Shown one piece after another: positions 1 through 13,158 of a stretch of 64,000 nt of DNA. Each line of letters opens with the position of its first letter. Position 1 is the stretch's first letter. The notes below the pieces were generated by a model, which was not told where the DNA came from, did not search any database, and was given only the letters and a program-made list of their open reading frames with translations. The stretch is taken from the NCBI GenBank assembly GCA_030704615.1, contig CM060733.1, forward strand, positions 71,238,001 to 71,302,000. The letters run 5' to 3'. Position numbers and translations under genes: made by a program. This DNA comes from Takakia lepidozioides (taxonomy: Eukaryota > Plantae > Bryophyta).

Positions 1-599
1 TTTCTTCCAAGAGTTTCAATGGTTGGCCTTGCTGGAGTGGCAGGTCAGAGTGGGGGATTGATGCTGCAGCAGGCACAGGCGCACATCTCACATTTGCAGC
101 AACTCCAACCCCCAGTAACCATGACCCCACTGGAGCTCTCAAAGCTGAGTGGGGTGCTGCGGGGGCTTGTTGCAAGGGATAATAGAACAGAGAGCCAGAA
201 GATCTGTAAACTGTGCTGCTTCTGCCGAGAAAGGAATATTGGGCCACCCCCATTTCATGGCTGTGTGGATGACACTATTACCACGGGATTCAGGGGTCCT
301 TCGCCAGCAGGGCCAATAGGGAGACCTGGCAAGCGGCATGTGGAAGCTGCTGCGTAGATAGGAAAGGCAACTGTGAATATTTTGAGTGCATAGACAGTGC
401 ACCCTGGGCTTCATTTAGAGTGTAAAGCGTTCGCGATAATGTCTGTGGGTGTGGTTTGATCTCTTCATGTTGGGCTTGTGAAGAACATTAGACAGTGCTG
501 TAGGATATTCAACATAACTGGGAGACCAAAACTTTCAAAAAGGCATCCTTGCCACACTGTGTAACATGAACATGACGTATACGACTGGCTTCCCTCTGG

Positions 600-930
600 T
601 TGGGGCTTTCTCACAATTTTTCCAACCTCCCCTTTTTTCCAGTTGGTCCTTGAACCTTGATGTCTGGTTGAGGTTTGGTGACCCACTCTCAAGCCATCTA
701 AATATCTTTTTTGTTTGTTGCTTGCTTTATCATGCATTCAGCTGGAGCATTTACTAGGTATATGCCCTACCTTTAACCTCATGACTGTCTTTCACTGCTG
801 CAGCTCATGTGGGACACCTGTGGGCTGGGCCGGGATGGACTTTTGCAATGCCCAGTGTTAAGCATGTGACATTTTGAACTGTTTCCTGCCCTACTGTCTG
901 TGTACACACTGTGTTCTGGTGCCAATGTCT
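600..930 (+). pseudogene. Possible highly decayed DIRS-type retroelement remnant (RNase H end / Dam-like domain)
   Basis: Manual translation gives LDVWLRFGDPLSSH followed by LEHLLGICPTFNLMT...GWAGMDF...DILNCFLP, loosely matching the D-LSR / DLMA / GxDxF / yxfPP order seen in DIRS elements. Stops present; the match is weak. Confidence 0.2.
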
Positions 931-2099
931 AAAATAGTGCAGGGCTTGTGGTAATAGAAGACTGGATGGCATGTCATTTAAGGGGGTTTATTGGGTAAGG
1001 TCCCCCAAGAGTAGATTCTCGATCGTCAGGTTGGAATACATATGACTCACCAAGTGTCGGCCCTGGGCTGTATTTGTGGTCTCCGTTCTCACCAGCCAGT
1101 GGTAAATCTGTTGTGTTCCCTCAAGCTTGATGTGTTTTGTTGATTGCGGAGATTTAAAAAGTAATTGTAGAATACAACAGAAGGTTGGAACAATTTTGAC
1201 TTACTGCATTCCTGGTCAGAGTGCCTGGATTCTTATTTTGGAGCCTGATATTCTGGCATGGCATTGTGATTGCCAAATCTCTCCCAAAATTCTGTATGCC
1301 TTTACCACCATAGCCTTTTTAGATTCCAAATGCTCGGATACAGAGTACCTATAGTGTAAGTGCAAGGTGATGAGAAGAATTGGGTGTAAGACGAATTCCA
1401 GCTTACAACACTGGGTGTTCACCGATAAATTAGGTGGAGTGATTTTCACTGGATGTCAATCCTGTATGAAGATATTTGTCGATGAGATCATCTCTGAGAA
1501 TCTATCTTTCTTTGTAACATCAAATCATCCATACTTCCATTCCTTGACATAAACTACAGCTACAAGAGAAACTCGATTGGCACTGGGAGAACTAGCGCAC
1601 TTCGATACTGCCACACTCTGCCCCGGAGAACTTAGGGGCTCTTATCATAGCAAAGCCTTAATGCAGACATCCAATGTAAAAAGACTACAGAGATGTTGAC
1701 AGTAGTATGACAGGGAAAAGAGCTGAAGTCATGTAAGTACTTTCGCAATGGGAAATTGAATAGTGCCCAAGCTCCAAACTGACGGGTGGTCGAACGCACC
1801 TGTGTTTCTTTTACAGCTGCTCGAAATGGTGATACTTGACCGGAATGCGCCTGTCATAGTAATACTCGTGGGAAAGTTATATCATACAGCGGGCTTTGCT
1901 TATACCTCATCCCTCCCAGAACCCTTGGAATCCACCAATTTTTTGAGAAAATCCAGTCTTATTAGGGCCCTGCCCCACTTGCAGTTATCAGTTCCAGTTT
2001 AGGTTAGTACCAACTGAACCTCGAAACATACCCTTTAAAGTTAACAGTTTACATTTATCAATATTCCTTATGAGCGGAACGGATCGAGCCGAAAATAGT

Positions 2100-2420
2100 G
2101 AACATGCTGAGTGAGTAGAAGGAGACGAACAGACAAGCGGAGCAGAGAGACGAATAGACAAGCGGGAGCAGGGAGACAAATAGTTAAGGGGCAAGGCGAA
2201 AGACAAGCAGGCAAGCGGCAATATGAGACGAGCAGGGAGATGAACTAGCAAGCGATAGAATAGAGACGAAAAGAGTAGGGAGAGGGAGGCAAGCGGTTGA
2301 AAGTTCAAACGAGTAGAGACGAGTAGGGAGACAAACAGGCAAGCGAGGAGTAGGAGGCAAGTGGTTGCAAATTGGGAGTTGGAGCCCGTGGTCGGGGAGG
2401 CAAATGGTGAGTAACTTCTG
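2100..2420. repeat. Purine-rich low-complexity degenerate repeat
   Basis: Recurrent GAGACGA / ACAAGCG / GGGAG words with strong A+G bias on the + strand. Confidence 0.6.
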
Positions 2421-2599
2421 GAGACGGAGGAAACGTATGGGTTCTTGGCAAGATGTTGTCACCGATGCTATGGGGGAGCTTGCATTTTCTTCTCAGACGA
2501 ACATATGAATGTACCTGTACTCTCTTTAAGAGCTGCAGCTACGGCAGGAAGAGGGAGAGAAAGGGGTCGGGGCAGAGGAACGACAAACGCCCAAGGGCC

Positions 2600-2791
2600 A
2601 AAATTAGGATTTGGTTGAGGCTAATGGAAAACCCTAAGGGGGTTGAGTGGGAGAAGTATGAGAATGCATCCAGTAGGGGAAGGGCAGACAACAATGCGAA
2701 CCAGAAGTGGAAACTATTGGAGTCTACATGTATAAGCATGAATAGGGATGGCAAGGGATGTAATAAAAAATGGGAAAACTTGCTTAAATGA
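2600..2791 (+). pseudogene. Trihelix (Myb/SANT-like) DNA-binding domain fragment
   Basis: ORF 2453-2791 ends in QKWKLLESTCISMNRDGKGCNKKWENLLK, matching the W...C...R....C..KWENL trihelix signature; truncated at the 143-bp duplication. Confidence 0.6.
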
Positions 2792-3087
2792 GCTCATCTG
2801 AACAAAGAGTTGGAGTTAACTAATTTATCCAAATGGTCATACACTTTGTAGTCGGCATAGACTACAAGAATTAAGTGAAAGAAGATGGATATGGACTCAT
2901 ATTTGATTGCAAAAAAGTGGTAGTTGAAAAATGGGCTCATCTGAGCAAAGAGTTGGAGTTAACTAATTTATCCAAATGGTCATACACTTTGTAGTCGGCA
3001 CAGACTACAAGAATTAAGTGAAAGAAGATGGATATGGACTCATATTTGATTGCAAAAAAGTGGTAGTTGAAAAATGGGCTCATCTGA
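2792..3087. repeat. Tandem duplication, 143-bp unit (2 copies plus a partial start)
   Basis: GCTCATCTG recurs at 2792, 2935 and 3078; the units are near-identical and each holds a degenerate C-type palindrome (TAGTCGGCAYAGACTA). Confidence 0.9.
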
Positions 3088-3089
3088 GT

Positions 3090-5452
3090 ATACCGGCGGA
3101 AGAAACGGTATACTCTGTCTCACCTTTTCGTCGCATACGAGTCCGGATCTGGATTATTGATATCTTCCGCAACACAGTCTCATTCACCTTGGGAATTACC
3201 CACGTCATCTGGGGGAACAAGTCGAAAACCTGCTTTTGTGAAAGAGTCAACCTCTGCCTGACTTAGGTTCGTCCCAACCATCAGAGGCCAAACGTCCGAA
3301 ATATCAGGTCTGTCCAGCACATACTGGCTAGAATCGCCACCGACACAATAGACGATGTCTGTTGGGCAGTGCCAAATCTCCATCATCTTCGGCTTCACCA
3401 GGACAGGAGGGTGGTGCCGACCAACAAACCTCGGAGCCGGAACACCCAAACTCTGGAGTGGCCTGATTTCCTGTTTGCATGGCTTCCCACTATCAGAGCG
3501 CACTGCCCAGCACTTCACCCGTGATGTGTTAGAAGTTCGTGCTATGTGCCAGCATACCGGACACAACCGACTCCAAAACTGGCTTTTTGTTTTGAACTGG
3601 AAGATCATTCTCCAAATTCTCCACGGACATGTCAGTAGTGCATGTGGACACTCTTGGTCCACCAGCACTTCACGACGCCTCGGTGTCGGAGGTTTAAGTC
3701 AGACCTCCATGAGTGAACGGGTTCCTCTTCCTGTAAGTTGCCGAGAACAATCTTCCGTTTCGTTGTGCGAGTTAGGAGATCACCCTCGAGCCCTGGATTT
3801 CGTCCATGAAGCTCAGTGCCATCTACGAAAGACCTAACCGCTTCTGCCATTTTAGCTGGATCAGACAATCGCGATACAACACGGGCTAGCAGTTGTGCCC
3901 GGTCGAATCCAGAACCCTTTGCTCCACCCTTCAGATAACTGTGGTAGTCACACGATTACATAATTGCCCTCGTCAAGACGTTCCTAGTGGCTGTATAGAG
4001 GTCGACCTTCGATACGGCGCTCCCGGCCTGCCAGCTCGCATGCACGGCCTCGGACATGTTCACATTTGGCATTGCAACGTTCTCTTCTAGCTCCAGATCC
4101 TGCAGTACACATGTACAAGTCAACATTGAAGCATAGTCGGTGCAGACTATTAAACAGCACAGTCAGTGGAGGACCAATTTGTAGGACATAACCGCATAGT
4201 CGTCGCCGACTACAAGCCCGACAGGATCCGACATCCGACAACATTCCGCCGGTAACGCTAAAGTCGGTGCAGACTATAGGCACCATAGACAGTGCTGGAC
4301 CATTTACATAATACAAACTATACGATAACGTCATAATCAGTAGGCTTTGTACTAAAAACAAAGACGAATCGCATATTATCTAACAAGCAGACGGTAGGAA
4401 CGTAGTCGGTATAAACTATAACGACACGTTCAGTAAATAGTGTACTGCGTGTACGCCCCGTAGATAGTCGTTGCCGACTATATGAGCAGTCTCATAAAAA
4501 GACACCCATGTTTCAGTAACCGACCCTGAAACATTGAACAACCAAGCCATAGTCGCTACAGACTATTAGTACAGGCCAACTGCATGAACCGCGTTACGTT
4601 CCCAGTGGCATAGTCATTACCGACTATGCCCCTTATTCGTTTATCCTCACATGTGACCAAACCAATATAACACGTATGGAATTACCTGTGTGTGAAAATA
4701 TATCAATCATCGCCGTCAACGATCCTCGACAAGCATCTCACCTTCCTTGCTTCAACATTTTCAAAATTTATCCTTCCAAGCTGCGATTTGGAGTCTAGGT
4801 GCAGAAGCTTCAGCACATCCAGTATAGATTGAGCGGGCTGTGCGAATTTAAAGTTGTTGCCCATAAACTCCCCTCGGCGCAATTTCTGTGGAGGTGAAGC
4901 AGATTTTCCCGGAGTGCTCTCCCGCCTTCCACTACTGGATCTAATAACCACACATTCGTCGTTGTCGCCACTAGAAAGCTCAATGCTCTCAGTTTTCACC
5001 ACATTAGCACCACGGACGGAAGCCAAAGTATGATGCTCACGAGTGGTCGACAGCCTATCTGTCATAGCTCGGACACCAAATACTTTGTATACGACCTCAC
5101 TTGTAAATGGCAGAACCCATGACTTGTTCTCGGCGTCTCGAACTAGATCCAAGATGCGGGTTTTGGTGACGCCCCCTTCACTGACGTCCTCCACCTCAAC
5201 AACAAGAGAGAGAGGGTCCAGATTAAACCTTCCAAGTATTATTTTGTCAAGCAGGAACACCTGGTCTCCCTGTGCCTTCACCTTCACAAGATCGGAGGAC
5301 GGTGGACATTGCAACCTCACGAACCATTCCATGTTCGGTTGCTTCAAGCCTGTGTCGCTGTCCAGGACTCCGACGTACAAACTGGAGTACTCTGCCGAGT
5401 CTACCCAGCGTGTGAGCACTGGGGCAGATGAGGAGCACATGACCTGTTGCAA
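3090..5452 (-). pseudogene. Internally deleted transposase of subfamily C
   Basis: 4703-5452 ends QSILDVLKLLHLDSKSQLGRINFENVEARKVRCLSRIVDG (cf. RSIVLLLRQHHLDGSRSELAALDYAKFPVRKVTYLPPKVDG in A'). 3090-4090 reads MPNVNMSEAVHASW...LEGDLLTR...WHIART...WPLMVGTNLSQAEVDSFTKAGF, homologous to ORF 54186-55607. GCM-like domain, most of the DDE core and the SWIM finger are absent. Confidence 0.8.
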
Positions 5453-6330
5453 GCATGCAACGCAATTTACGATTTCCTAACGAACTGTACGTCAACAACG
5501 GTAAGAAATAAATGCAAAAGGAATATTTAATGGATTTTAGGTCGGATGAAAACCGTCTGCGCAACACTGGCGGCGGCACGTTCAGCTGGCAACGGCCATT
5601 TCGAAACAACCATTAACCTCCTCTTCATCTGAATTTGTTCTATGCCACAGGGGGATGCCTTATTGTCGTTGCCGACCACACCTATTTGAAAGGCATGAAC
5701 ATTGTGAAATAGTTAGTGGGACAGGTTTTCTTCCGTAGTCGGTACCGACTTCATACAGTTGACATTAATTCCGGCGACGGATCAGGCAGATTTACATTGA
5801 ATTGCAAGACGAATCGGAGTAGTCGTTGGTGAAGTCGGCCAACAGATCCGCCAAGGTCGCTAAAGATGTTCATTTCATGTGGCTTTTTTGGCAAATTGGC
5901 TTGCGAACGGAATAGTCGGCAACAACTATTGCTTAAATTGACAAGCGCTTTCCATTAATGCACTGTAGTCGCTGCCGACTTCCATACGAACGCACAAATT
6001 TGCCTTCCAATTGATTTTTTGGCTTAAAGGTGCTTGTAGTCGGGACTGACCTTCAAATTTCCTTTAATTTGCACATTCGATTTGAAATATTGGAAGATAC
6101 TCGGATGAAATTAAAACCATTTCCCGCATTGTGAGGGTGTAGTCGGCGCCGACTACAGAAATTGGCGCATGTTGTGGCGGATTGCGCCGCAGGGAGGCAG
6201 TCATGAAATGCAAGTCGGCACCGACCTTATGGAATTATTGAAATTCGTAAAAATTTACAGAGTTAAAGACACTGAACACATCCACTTCAAAGGCATTATA
6301 GTGTATGGTCGGCGCCGACCAATTCTTGCG
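4130..6330. repeat. Dispersed C-type 16-bp palindromes TAGTCGGYRCCGACTA
   Basis: About 15 degenerate copies counted by eye, e.g. TAGTCGGCGCCGACTA at 6140 and TAGTCGGTACCGACT at 5736, located in the transposase intron and the upstream intergenic region. Confidence 0.85.
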
Positions 6331-7572
6331 GATGGCATTTCCCGACTGTGTGGTTGCCAATTCAGCTCTTCAGGGATAGGCATAGGTATCCATTACACTG
6401 GAAGGGCAAGCAAGCAAATCAACCTATGCAAGACAGATGGACAAACCATGTAATACACTAAACCATCATGCCATACACACGGGAGAAATAATCCTCTGTT
6501 GGAAAAAATTCAATCACACTGGAGGTGTAGCAAGAGCATGAACACTCAGCCTGTGATGCTGGCATACTCACTATTTATCAGAAGTCTGCGATTCCTAAAG
6601 AAGATTCCGCTTCATCAACTCTACAATGCACATTTCATGCCCTCAGTTCACTAGCCTGGTTCTAAAGCCACACACAATGTTCCCACATTACCACCCACAA
6701 GAGCATGCCCTGCCATCTGCACCACTCCGCATCTCCCACCCAACCAGCCACAACGGATAGACAAATCTCTCAAGTTCCCCAACCCGACCCTGATCCAAAA
6801 CCCCTCCCCACAGTCCCTCCATTCCCATACCACAAACCATGTGATTGAGGTGATATTATTGGCTATGTCAAAATCCGTGATATTTCAAGACAGAGACTCT
6901 TTAATTTGCAAATAGATTTAGTCATTCACATCCGGAATATGCGCTCTCTGACTCATAATTTCTCCTCCTCCAGAAACTTCCACGAGCCTACAGAGGATAT
7001 TCAAATTCGGGGATATGAAGTTCCGATATGGAGTTCGGATATTAGAAGTTGATTATACCATTTAAGATGACGTTCTACAAACCCGGACCCCCATTGCACC
7101 CAGAAGAGATTCGCGGATATTGACATTGACAGCGTTCGAGTCAACATAAATTTTACCATTCATTCCTCTTATATTTCTCATCCTAAACTATTTGGATGGA
7201 GTCCAGGCCACGTGTCGGAAATTACTGAGTCGTCTAGCGGAGTGGCAGGAGGCTATTTCTCAATTTTGGGGACGTGGTAGCCATCTCATATTCCTGACGT
7301 AGGTTTGGATGGAGTTAATTCGACGCACATTTAACATCCACATCGGATGACAACGGATGGCGTGCTTCCATGGATGGGGGATTCGATTTTTCATCCGTTA
7401 TTGCTATTTGAATTTTGGCGCGGGCCACGTGGCACATAGTCCGGTTATGGCGTGCAGCCGGCTGCGTGGCATTACCTCAATTTCATAGGCATACGTTACG
7501 GCCCGCGTAGGACGGGTTCTGATCCCTTTCTGGGTTCGGCAATGCATACGGTCATGCGGATTCTCCTCTGCG

Positions 7573-10149
7573 GTGCCCGACTCTTCGGCTTCACTTTCTA
7601 TTTTCGAGCAGGGGAACGTTGTCGTCATGGAGCCTCAAGCGGAGGAAGAGGGGGAGTTTGTGTTGCCCACGCAAACACGCATACTGCGCGGGCGGACGAT
7701 GGTTTCCCAACAGAGCAGCGAGGGTGCTAGACCTCCCACAAAATTAGTGAAACTTCGTAAGAAATCAACAACTTCACAGGAAGGCGGTTTGGTGTCTACA
7801 ACGGCTACACCATCGATGGATCGTCCTCCCCTCTCCCCCGTTTTTCGAAGCGGTGCATCGCCAGGTCCAGCAACGAGCGCACAAGGTGGCGGACCTGTTC
7901 AAAATGCTGCAAGAGTGCAAGACACTGTTCTGGCGGACATTGTTTTGACTGGTGACATGCGGAAGCAAGCCCTACTCTCACTCACTACAGTGACGGTAGG
8001 GGCATGCAGCTCTCAACCTTACTGCTTTACGAGGCTATCTCTTTGCGAGAAGGGGTACCAAACACAGACGTAGCATGCCTCAAGTGCGATTGGTTCTAGC
8101 TGGTCATCCGCAGGCTTACCAACGAGTAAGTGGCCAGAGCCTAGGGGAGATATCGACGAGTTTCTGGAGAGGCACCGCTCCCCTGAGCCATTGCGTAGGG
8201 GTGGCACTGTCCCTAAAGCGGGGGCAGACCTTGTAATGGTGGATCTCCCATACGGGCAGTCTACCAGAGGATGTGGCATAGATGACATTGTGCCCGCTTG
8301 GAATGCAAAGTCAAAGGATACCGTCCCGCATGCACTGGCACTGGCAGCATCCCTACTGAAGGACAACGGCTGCCTTGTTATTTTCTGCAAGGGTGATGCC
8401 AAGGCAGAGGTGGAAATTTGGAGATGTGTGGGCCTAGCAGGGCCCTTCAAAGTTATCAAGAGAAAGTGGACTTGTCTCAATCGGCTACCACTTCAATCTG
8501 GAGAGCCAAGGCAGCCACAGATAAGTTCAAACTGCCTAAACTGCTTATATTGTTTGATGAGCACTTTCAATTTTTCATCGCATGTACCACATCTTCATCG
8601 ACATTATTTTAAAAAATGTATTTAATAGTCGTCAAATATCTATTGTTTAGTTGTCTATAGATATATAGTCGGTGCAGACTATGTCTCGGGTCGCATGCTG
8701 TCTTTGCATAGTTGGCACCGACTTTTTCTCAGTGCACCCACGTTAATATTTATAGTCGGCACCGACTATTAGAATGGTGTGTCTTGTTACTTAGTCATTG
8801 AAGTGCCATTGTCGGATTTGGTCGGTACCGATTTGGTCGGATTTGTTTGGATCATTGTCGGTGCCAACTATCAACCAAAATTGTGTGGTTTCGACGTTAT
8901 AGTCTGTAACGACTACCACAACTCATTTTAGAATTGTGCAGCTACAAAGTCCATTAGTTTCTTGAAACATAACCTTTACAGAATGTTGTACGTCTTCTCT
9001 TACATAATACCGATCTGACGGGGTTTCTCCTCAAATTTGTAATGGCAGACTGTGTTTTCTATGCATTTTGCCTATTGAGGGGCATGGATGCCAATTTCAA
9101 CTTGCGGGAGATAGCTGCAAAGCTTGACACCGACCACAACAACATCACTGAGGATGTGGTCAGGAACATGGTCAGGGAGGATAGACTCCACAAACGACAA
9201 GATGGCACCTTCTTCCGCGGGGCACGTCAGAAAAGCCCTAGGTTCATGCAAACCTTCATGGAGATATGTTCACCAGAAGGGGGAACAGTAGTTGATCTGA
9301 CAGCGGGATGCGGGTCCTCCATGGTGGCTGCAACAATTTGCGGAAGGCATCTGCTCGCCTTGGAAGGGGACGACGAGCTACTGCGAGAGAGGCTAGGGGG
9401 ATTGCAGCGGCAGGCACCTGCGGCCACCGTTGTCGCTAACACAGCTGCCGACACTGACTGGTTGAACGACGAAAGGGATGGCATTCAGATTCATGTACAA
9501 TCATTGGAGTGAGTAAGTCCAACTTCTATGTAAGTGTCTTCATTGTTAGCATGTTCTGAATGTTCCCATTTCCTCAAATCATCATTCATGCAAAATTTGA
9601 TCTAATATGTTATGTTGTAATTGTAGTTACGAGCCGCCCTTGCAGATTGCAAAGCGTCCCGCTGAGGCCATCATGGGGATTCCAGGGTCTTCCACGGATA
9701 CCGGGAGGGAGGACGCTGGTAGGGAGAAGAGGTTGAAAGTGCTTGAACAGGTTGCAGATCTAACTACTCCGGAGAAAGGGTACGACCTGCCTCCCTATGC
9801 GGCAGCAGAAGCGCAGGCTCAGGCTGAGCAACCGTGGATAGGAATGTCTCAGCAGGCACAATGGCCAGCACAGGTGAGGGCTGCTGCTCAATTTTCTACG
9901 ATACGGAACTATTTTGATAATTCTGCAGAAGAGGGATCGGAAAGCGAGGATCCAACGACCGAGGAAGGCTCCGACGAAGAGTATGTTGACGAGGTCGTTG
10001 GTGAGGAGAGGACTCCTAGCCCAAAGATCAGTTTAAGACTTGGCCTCGACTTGCTACCGGGTCCCTCCCCCGCAACAGTAGTTTCTGGGGTGTTGCAGGA
10101 CATAGCGTCGGAGTATGGTGAGGACCCTGGTAGTCCGAATGTTATGTAG
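7573..10149 (+). CDS. Intron-containing beta-class amino (N6-adenine/N4-cytosine) DNA methyltransferase-like gene, subfamily C (probably damaged)
   Basis: Catalytic motif IV-like ADLVMVDLPYG, then LLKDNGCLVIF (8191-8520). After an intron, RQKSPRFMQTFMEICSPEGGTVVDLTAGCGSSMVAATICGRHLLALEGD (9042-9512) matches motifs X-I-II (TQKP..L......S..G..VLDPFxGSGTT..AA...GR..IG.E). Motif IV before motif I is the beta order. Low-complexity N-terminus, acidic last exon (9628-10149). One splice donor appears mutated (ATAAGT at 8521). Confidence 0.85.
8660..8920. repeat. C-type palindrome cluster inside the MTase intron
   Basis: TAGTCGGCACCGACTA at ~8753 plus about 5 degenerate copies; two more near 10624 and 10689. 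Confidence 0.8.
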
Positions 10150-10901
10150 TTGCATTTGTTTTACCCTAAACCCTAAACACAAAGGGGTTTCTCTGATGCG
10201 TTGAATCATTTGGAAAATATCGTACAGTGATATGGGTGTAATTGAATGTTGCGCAAAATTTTACTCCAATGTGGATGTTCAGTCTTCTTAATTGCATGAT
10301 CTTCACATCCTCACCATCCTCCAACCCTTCACATTCCCCTGGTTTGGAATTGCTAGAGTGCTGAGCCTAGTCTGCTGAAGTCATAAATTGCCGGTCACAA
10401 ATTTCCAAATGAAACAAGTTACTACTCTGCTGATTGATGTGAAGACCCTTGCCATGCCATGCCAGCCACAATGCCCAAATATTAAACTTATGCCCATGTG
10501 CACACTCCTTCCCTCACAGACAGTCACGCTTCAACGGTGTCCATTTCAAGAACAAGTAGTTTCAACTATGTAGTTATAGACACAACAGGTCCAGCTTGGG
10601 TCCAGCTTTCACTGGGGATGATATAGTCGGTGGCGACCATGACACTTAACATCACCGTACAGACTTGCCAATTTTGAGGGTGGTGCTATAGTCGGTGGCG
10701 ACTACAACAACTCACCTCCAGCCCACGGTGATAGGCGTTCCACCTTCTATTTTCGTGGAGTGTTACCACTATGCATTAAGTCGGCAGTTTTGGTTCCCGA
10801 CCTCCACCTTAGAGTAGGTTCGGTGTAGGTTCGGGTGAGGGTCGGGAAACTTTGTTCATGCTCATGCGCTCATCGCTCATGCTCATGGATTTGCAACCCC
10901 C

Positions 10902-13158
10902 AAGACGCTCGCCAGGAGGAGTGGACTGATTCTGCCATATTCGTGTTTGGCATGTCCGTGTCGGAATCCAGGCACCGCTCCTACAAGGACATAAACAATG
11001 GTGAGGGAAAAATGAAAAGGTCTGTAATAGAACGACAATTGCAAGAAAAGTTTGGCATCATACCTCCCGCATGTACTGTCCAAACTGTCGATACCGGAAA
11101 TGCCACCACCCCAACCAGCTGTGCAAGGCTCCCAGATTGGTTGTCTCCACTGCACTTGACGTGTTCCACCAAGCCTCAATGATAGCAAACTTAACCTTCG
11201 CGTCATCAAATGTGGGTGCATCCTTCCACGCCGTACAAATGACACGGTGTTCAGCTTGGAATGAGCTAGCAACAAATCTGGTAATGTAGTGAGATAGACT
11301 CTGCATCCAATGGAATCCACAAGATCTCTCTTTCCCCTCCATTGGAACATTGGGGTCCTCACTGTACACACGCCGCACCGCTACCCAGTTGGCCTGAGCG
11401 TTGTCTGCCATGAATCCCCTAAAATTGGGCTCTGGCAAACCCGCCCTTGTCATCTGCTCGTTTATGCCCTCCCACAGATGCATCTCCGACTGTGTGTCCT
11501 CCCCTTTCATCTCGCAGATTGCAATCGTCATGAGCCTCTTGGAGTGATAGTCATAAACATGCGCACCCATGGTCACCCACTGATGGTTTGTAATTCGCTT
11601 GATGTGGTCAAACATCACCCAAGCATTCGACAAGTTTCCAGTTGTCATGCGAGTGACCAAGTCGACTCCACTCCCAGGCCCACACGTGGACATTTTAAAA
11701 ATGTAACAACGATCGGATTCGTTGCCTTGCCCTGGAAACCTGCTACCTTGGATGTAGTCATATCTAGTCATTCGTTTCACCTCCAGGATTGATTGCATGT
11801 CCGACCCCCGGCCGAACTCTTGCTTGCAAGATACGATGTGATTCCGCACATTTGGACTACAAACGTGCGAGACGGACTCCAACAGGTCAAGCATCTCCTC
11901 TTCGTTCAAGGGCACTTGGTCTGAACCATCTTTAGACATGATTTTGCCAAGAGCAATCTTGTGGGCTGCCTTGAGCTGAATCTGCTTTGGTCTGGCTCCG
12001 GGGCTCAATTTTCACCTCCTCTTTTATGATGTTGTGTGCTTCCTGCACAACCTCTCGGATGTTGCCTCTCGCCAAGGGGTGGCAGTGGACCCCAACGTGT
12101 ATGCAAGCTCTAGTCAAGTCTGGGAGCAAATGGATTACATAATATTGCTTGGCTCTGCACATGGACATGCACATCGGTGGTTCTTTTCAATGTGCGCACT
12201 TGAAAGTACCCGCCAGAGCTTGGCTGGAGACAATGAATGGATGATGGGTTATACCAGTCCAGTCCGTCTCGTTTCTCCACCCTCTTTTGGAGACAAAGTG
12301 GAAGCAGGCGGGATTGAGGCACCTCAACTTCCCCGCACAGAGGACGTATCGTACACGAACACCATCAGCAATTTTTGTGCTACTGGTCTTCATCACACAC
12401 CAGGGGTGTCCGTCATGCTTTCGATCCATGTCTGTTAATATCCCTAAGGCTTTGTTTGACGAAGTAACAGGTGGAAACTCGAAGATCACATTACCATCGA
12501 CTTTGGGAGGCAGATACGTTACCTTCCTGACTGGAAATTTGGCATAGTCGAGAGCAGCCAGCTCGGAGCGAGAACCATCGAGGTGATGTTGCCGTAGGAG
12601 CAGCACAATGGACCGGGTTGGAGTTATGCTCGAGGGTACATGCGTAGCACTTGCAGAGACGTCCATGTCAGATTTGAACGACCGTGTGGAGGACATGGGG
12701 ACCTCAATGCACTCATCTTCCTTGTCGAAAATGTCGAATACCTCCACACGAGAAGCTATGGAGGGTCTTGACGGTCCAGGTCGGGAATGATTATCGTTGC
12801 ATACCTCTCTTTTGGTACTAGCCGCCTGTCGGTTTCCCGACTCCTTTGTGGATGGTGTGGAAAGCAATTGATTCAGAAAGGAAATGGGCATTCCCACAGC
12901 TCGGTAGAAGATGGTGTCTGATGGGGGTACGTGCCACTCGATTCCGCAACATCCGTCGTTACCTAGCACGACAATGGTCTCATCAACCTGTCCAGGAACA
13001 TCCTTCCTTTCTACTTCCAAATAAACGGTGCCCGGTTTGAGCTTGAATTTGGAACAAAGGTAAGTTTCAGTCACTCTGCAAAGCCCTCCCTTGTTTGGGA
13101 TCCTGGCTCTCCCAAGTTGCGGAGGACAACAAACTATAGCGTACGAATTGGCAGCCAT
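10902..13158 (-). pseudogene. MULE transposase (GCM-like Zn domain + DDE core), truncated before SWIM
   Basis: ORFs 12187-13374 and 11058-12008: DGHPWCVMKT...CAGKLRCLNPAC; VMFDHIKR, FMADNAQANW, CGFHWMQSL. In-frame stop near 12187 and frameshift near 12008. Confidence 0.9.

Larger units (their letters stand above)
3090..10901 (-). mobile_element. MULE-like element, subfamily C (left end missing; transposase on -, methyltransferase on +)
   Basis: Right terminus GCTCATGGATTTGCAACCCCC (10881-10901) resembles the GGGGGCTGCTATTTCATGAGC terminus of element A and is preceded by CTCATG repeats. Same divergent transposase/MTase layout as A; own palindrome TAGTCGGYRCCGACTA. Confidence 0.75.

Noticed and set aside
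2453-2791. Intact trihelix transcription factor or Harbinger Myb gene
   Set aside because: Only a partial domain, truncated by a duplication; no Harbinger nuclease nearby.
7573-10149. Bacterial contamination or a restriction-modification operon
   Set aside because: The MTase genes have GT-AG introns at shared positions, lie inside TIR-bounded elements among plant retroelements, and no endonuclease partner is visible.
10164-10177. Telomeric repeat or chromosome end (CCCTAAACCCTAAA; also TAGGGTTTAGGG near 41758)
   Set aside because: Only two units; too short for a telomere array, at most a telo-box-like word.
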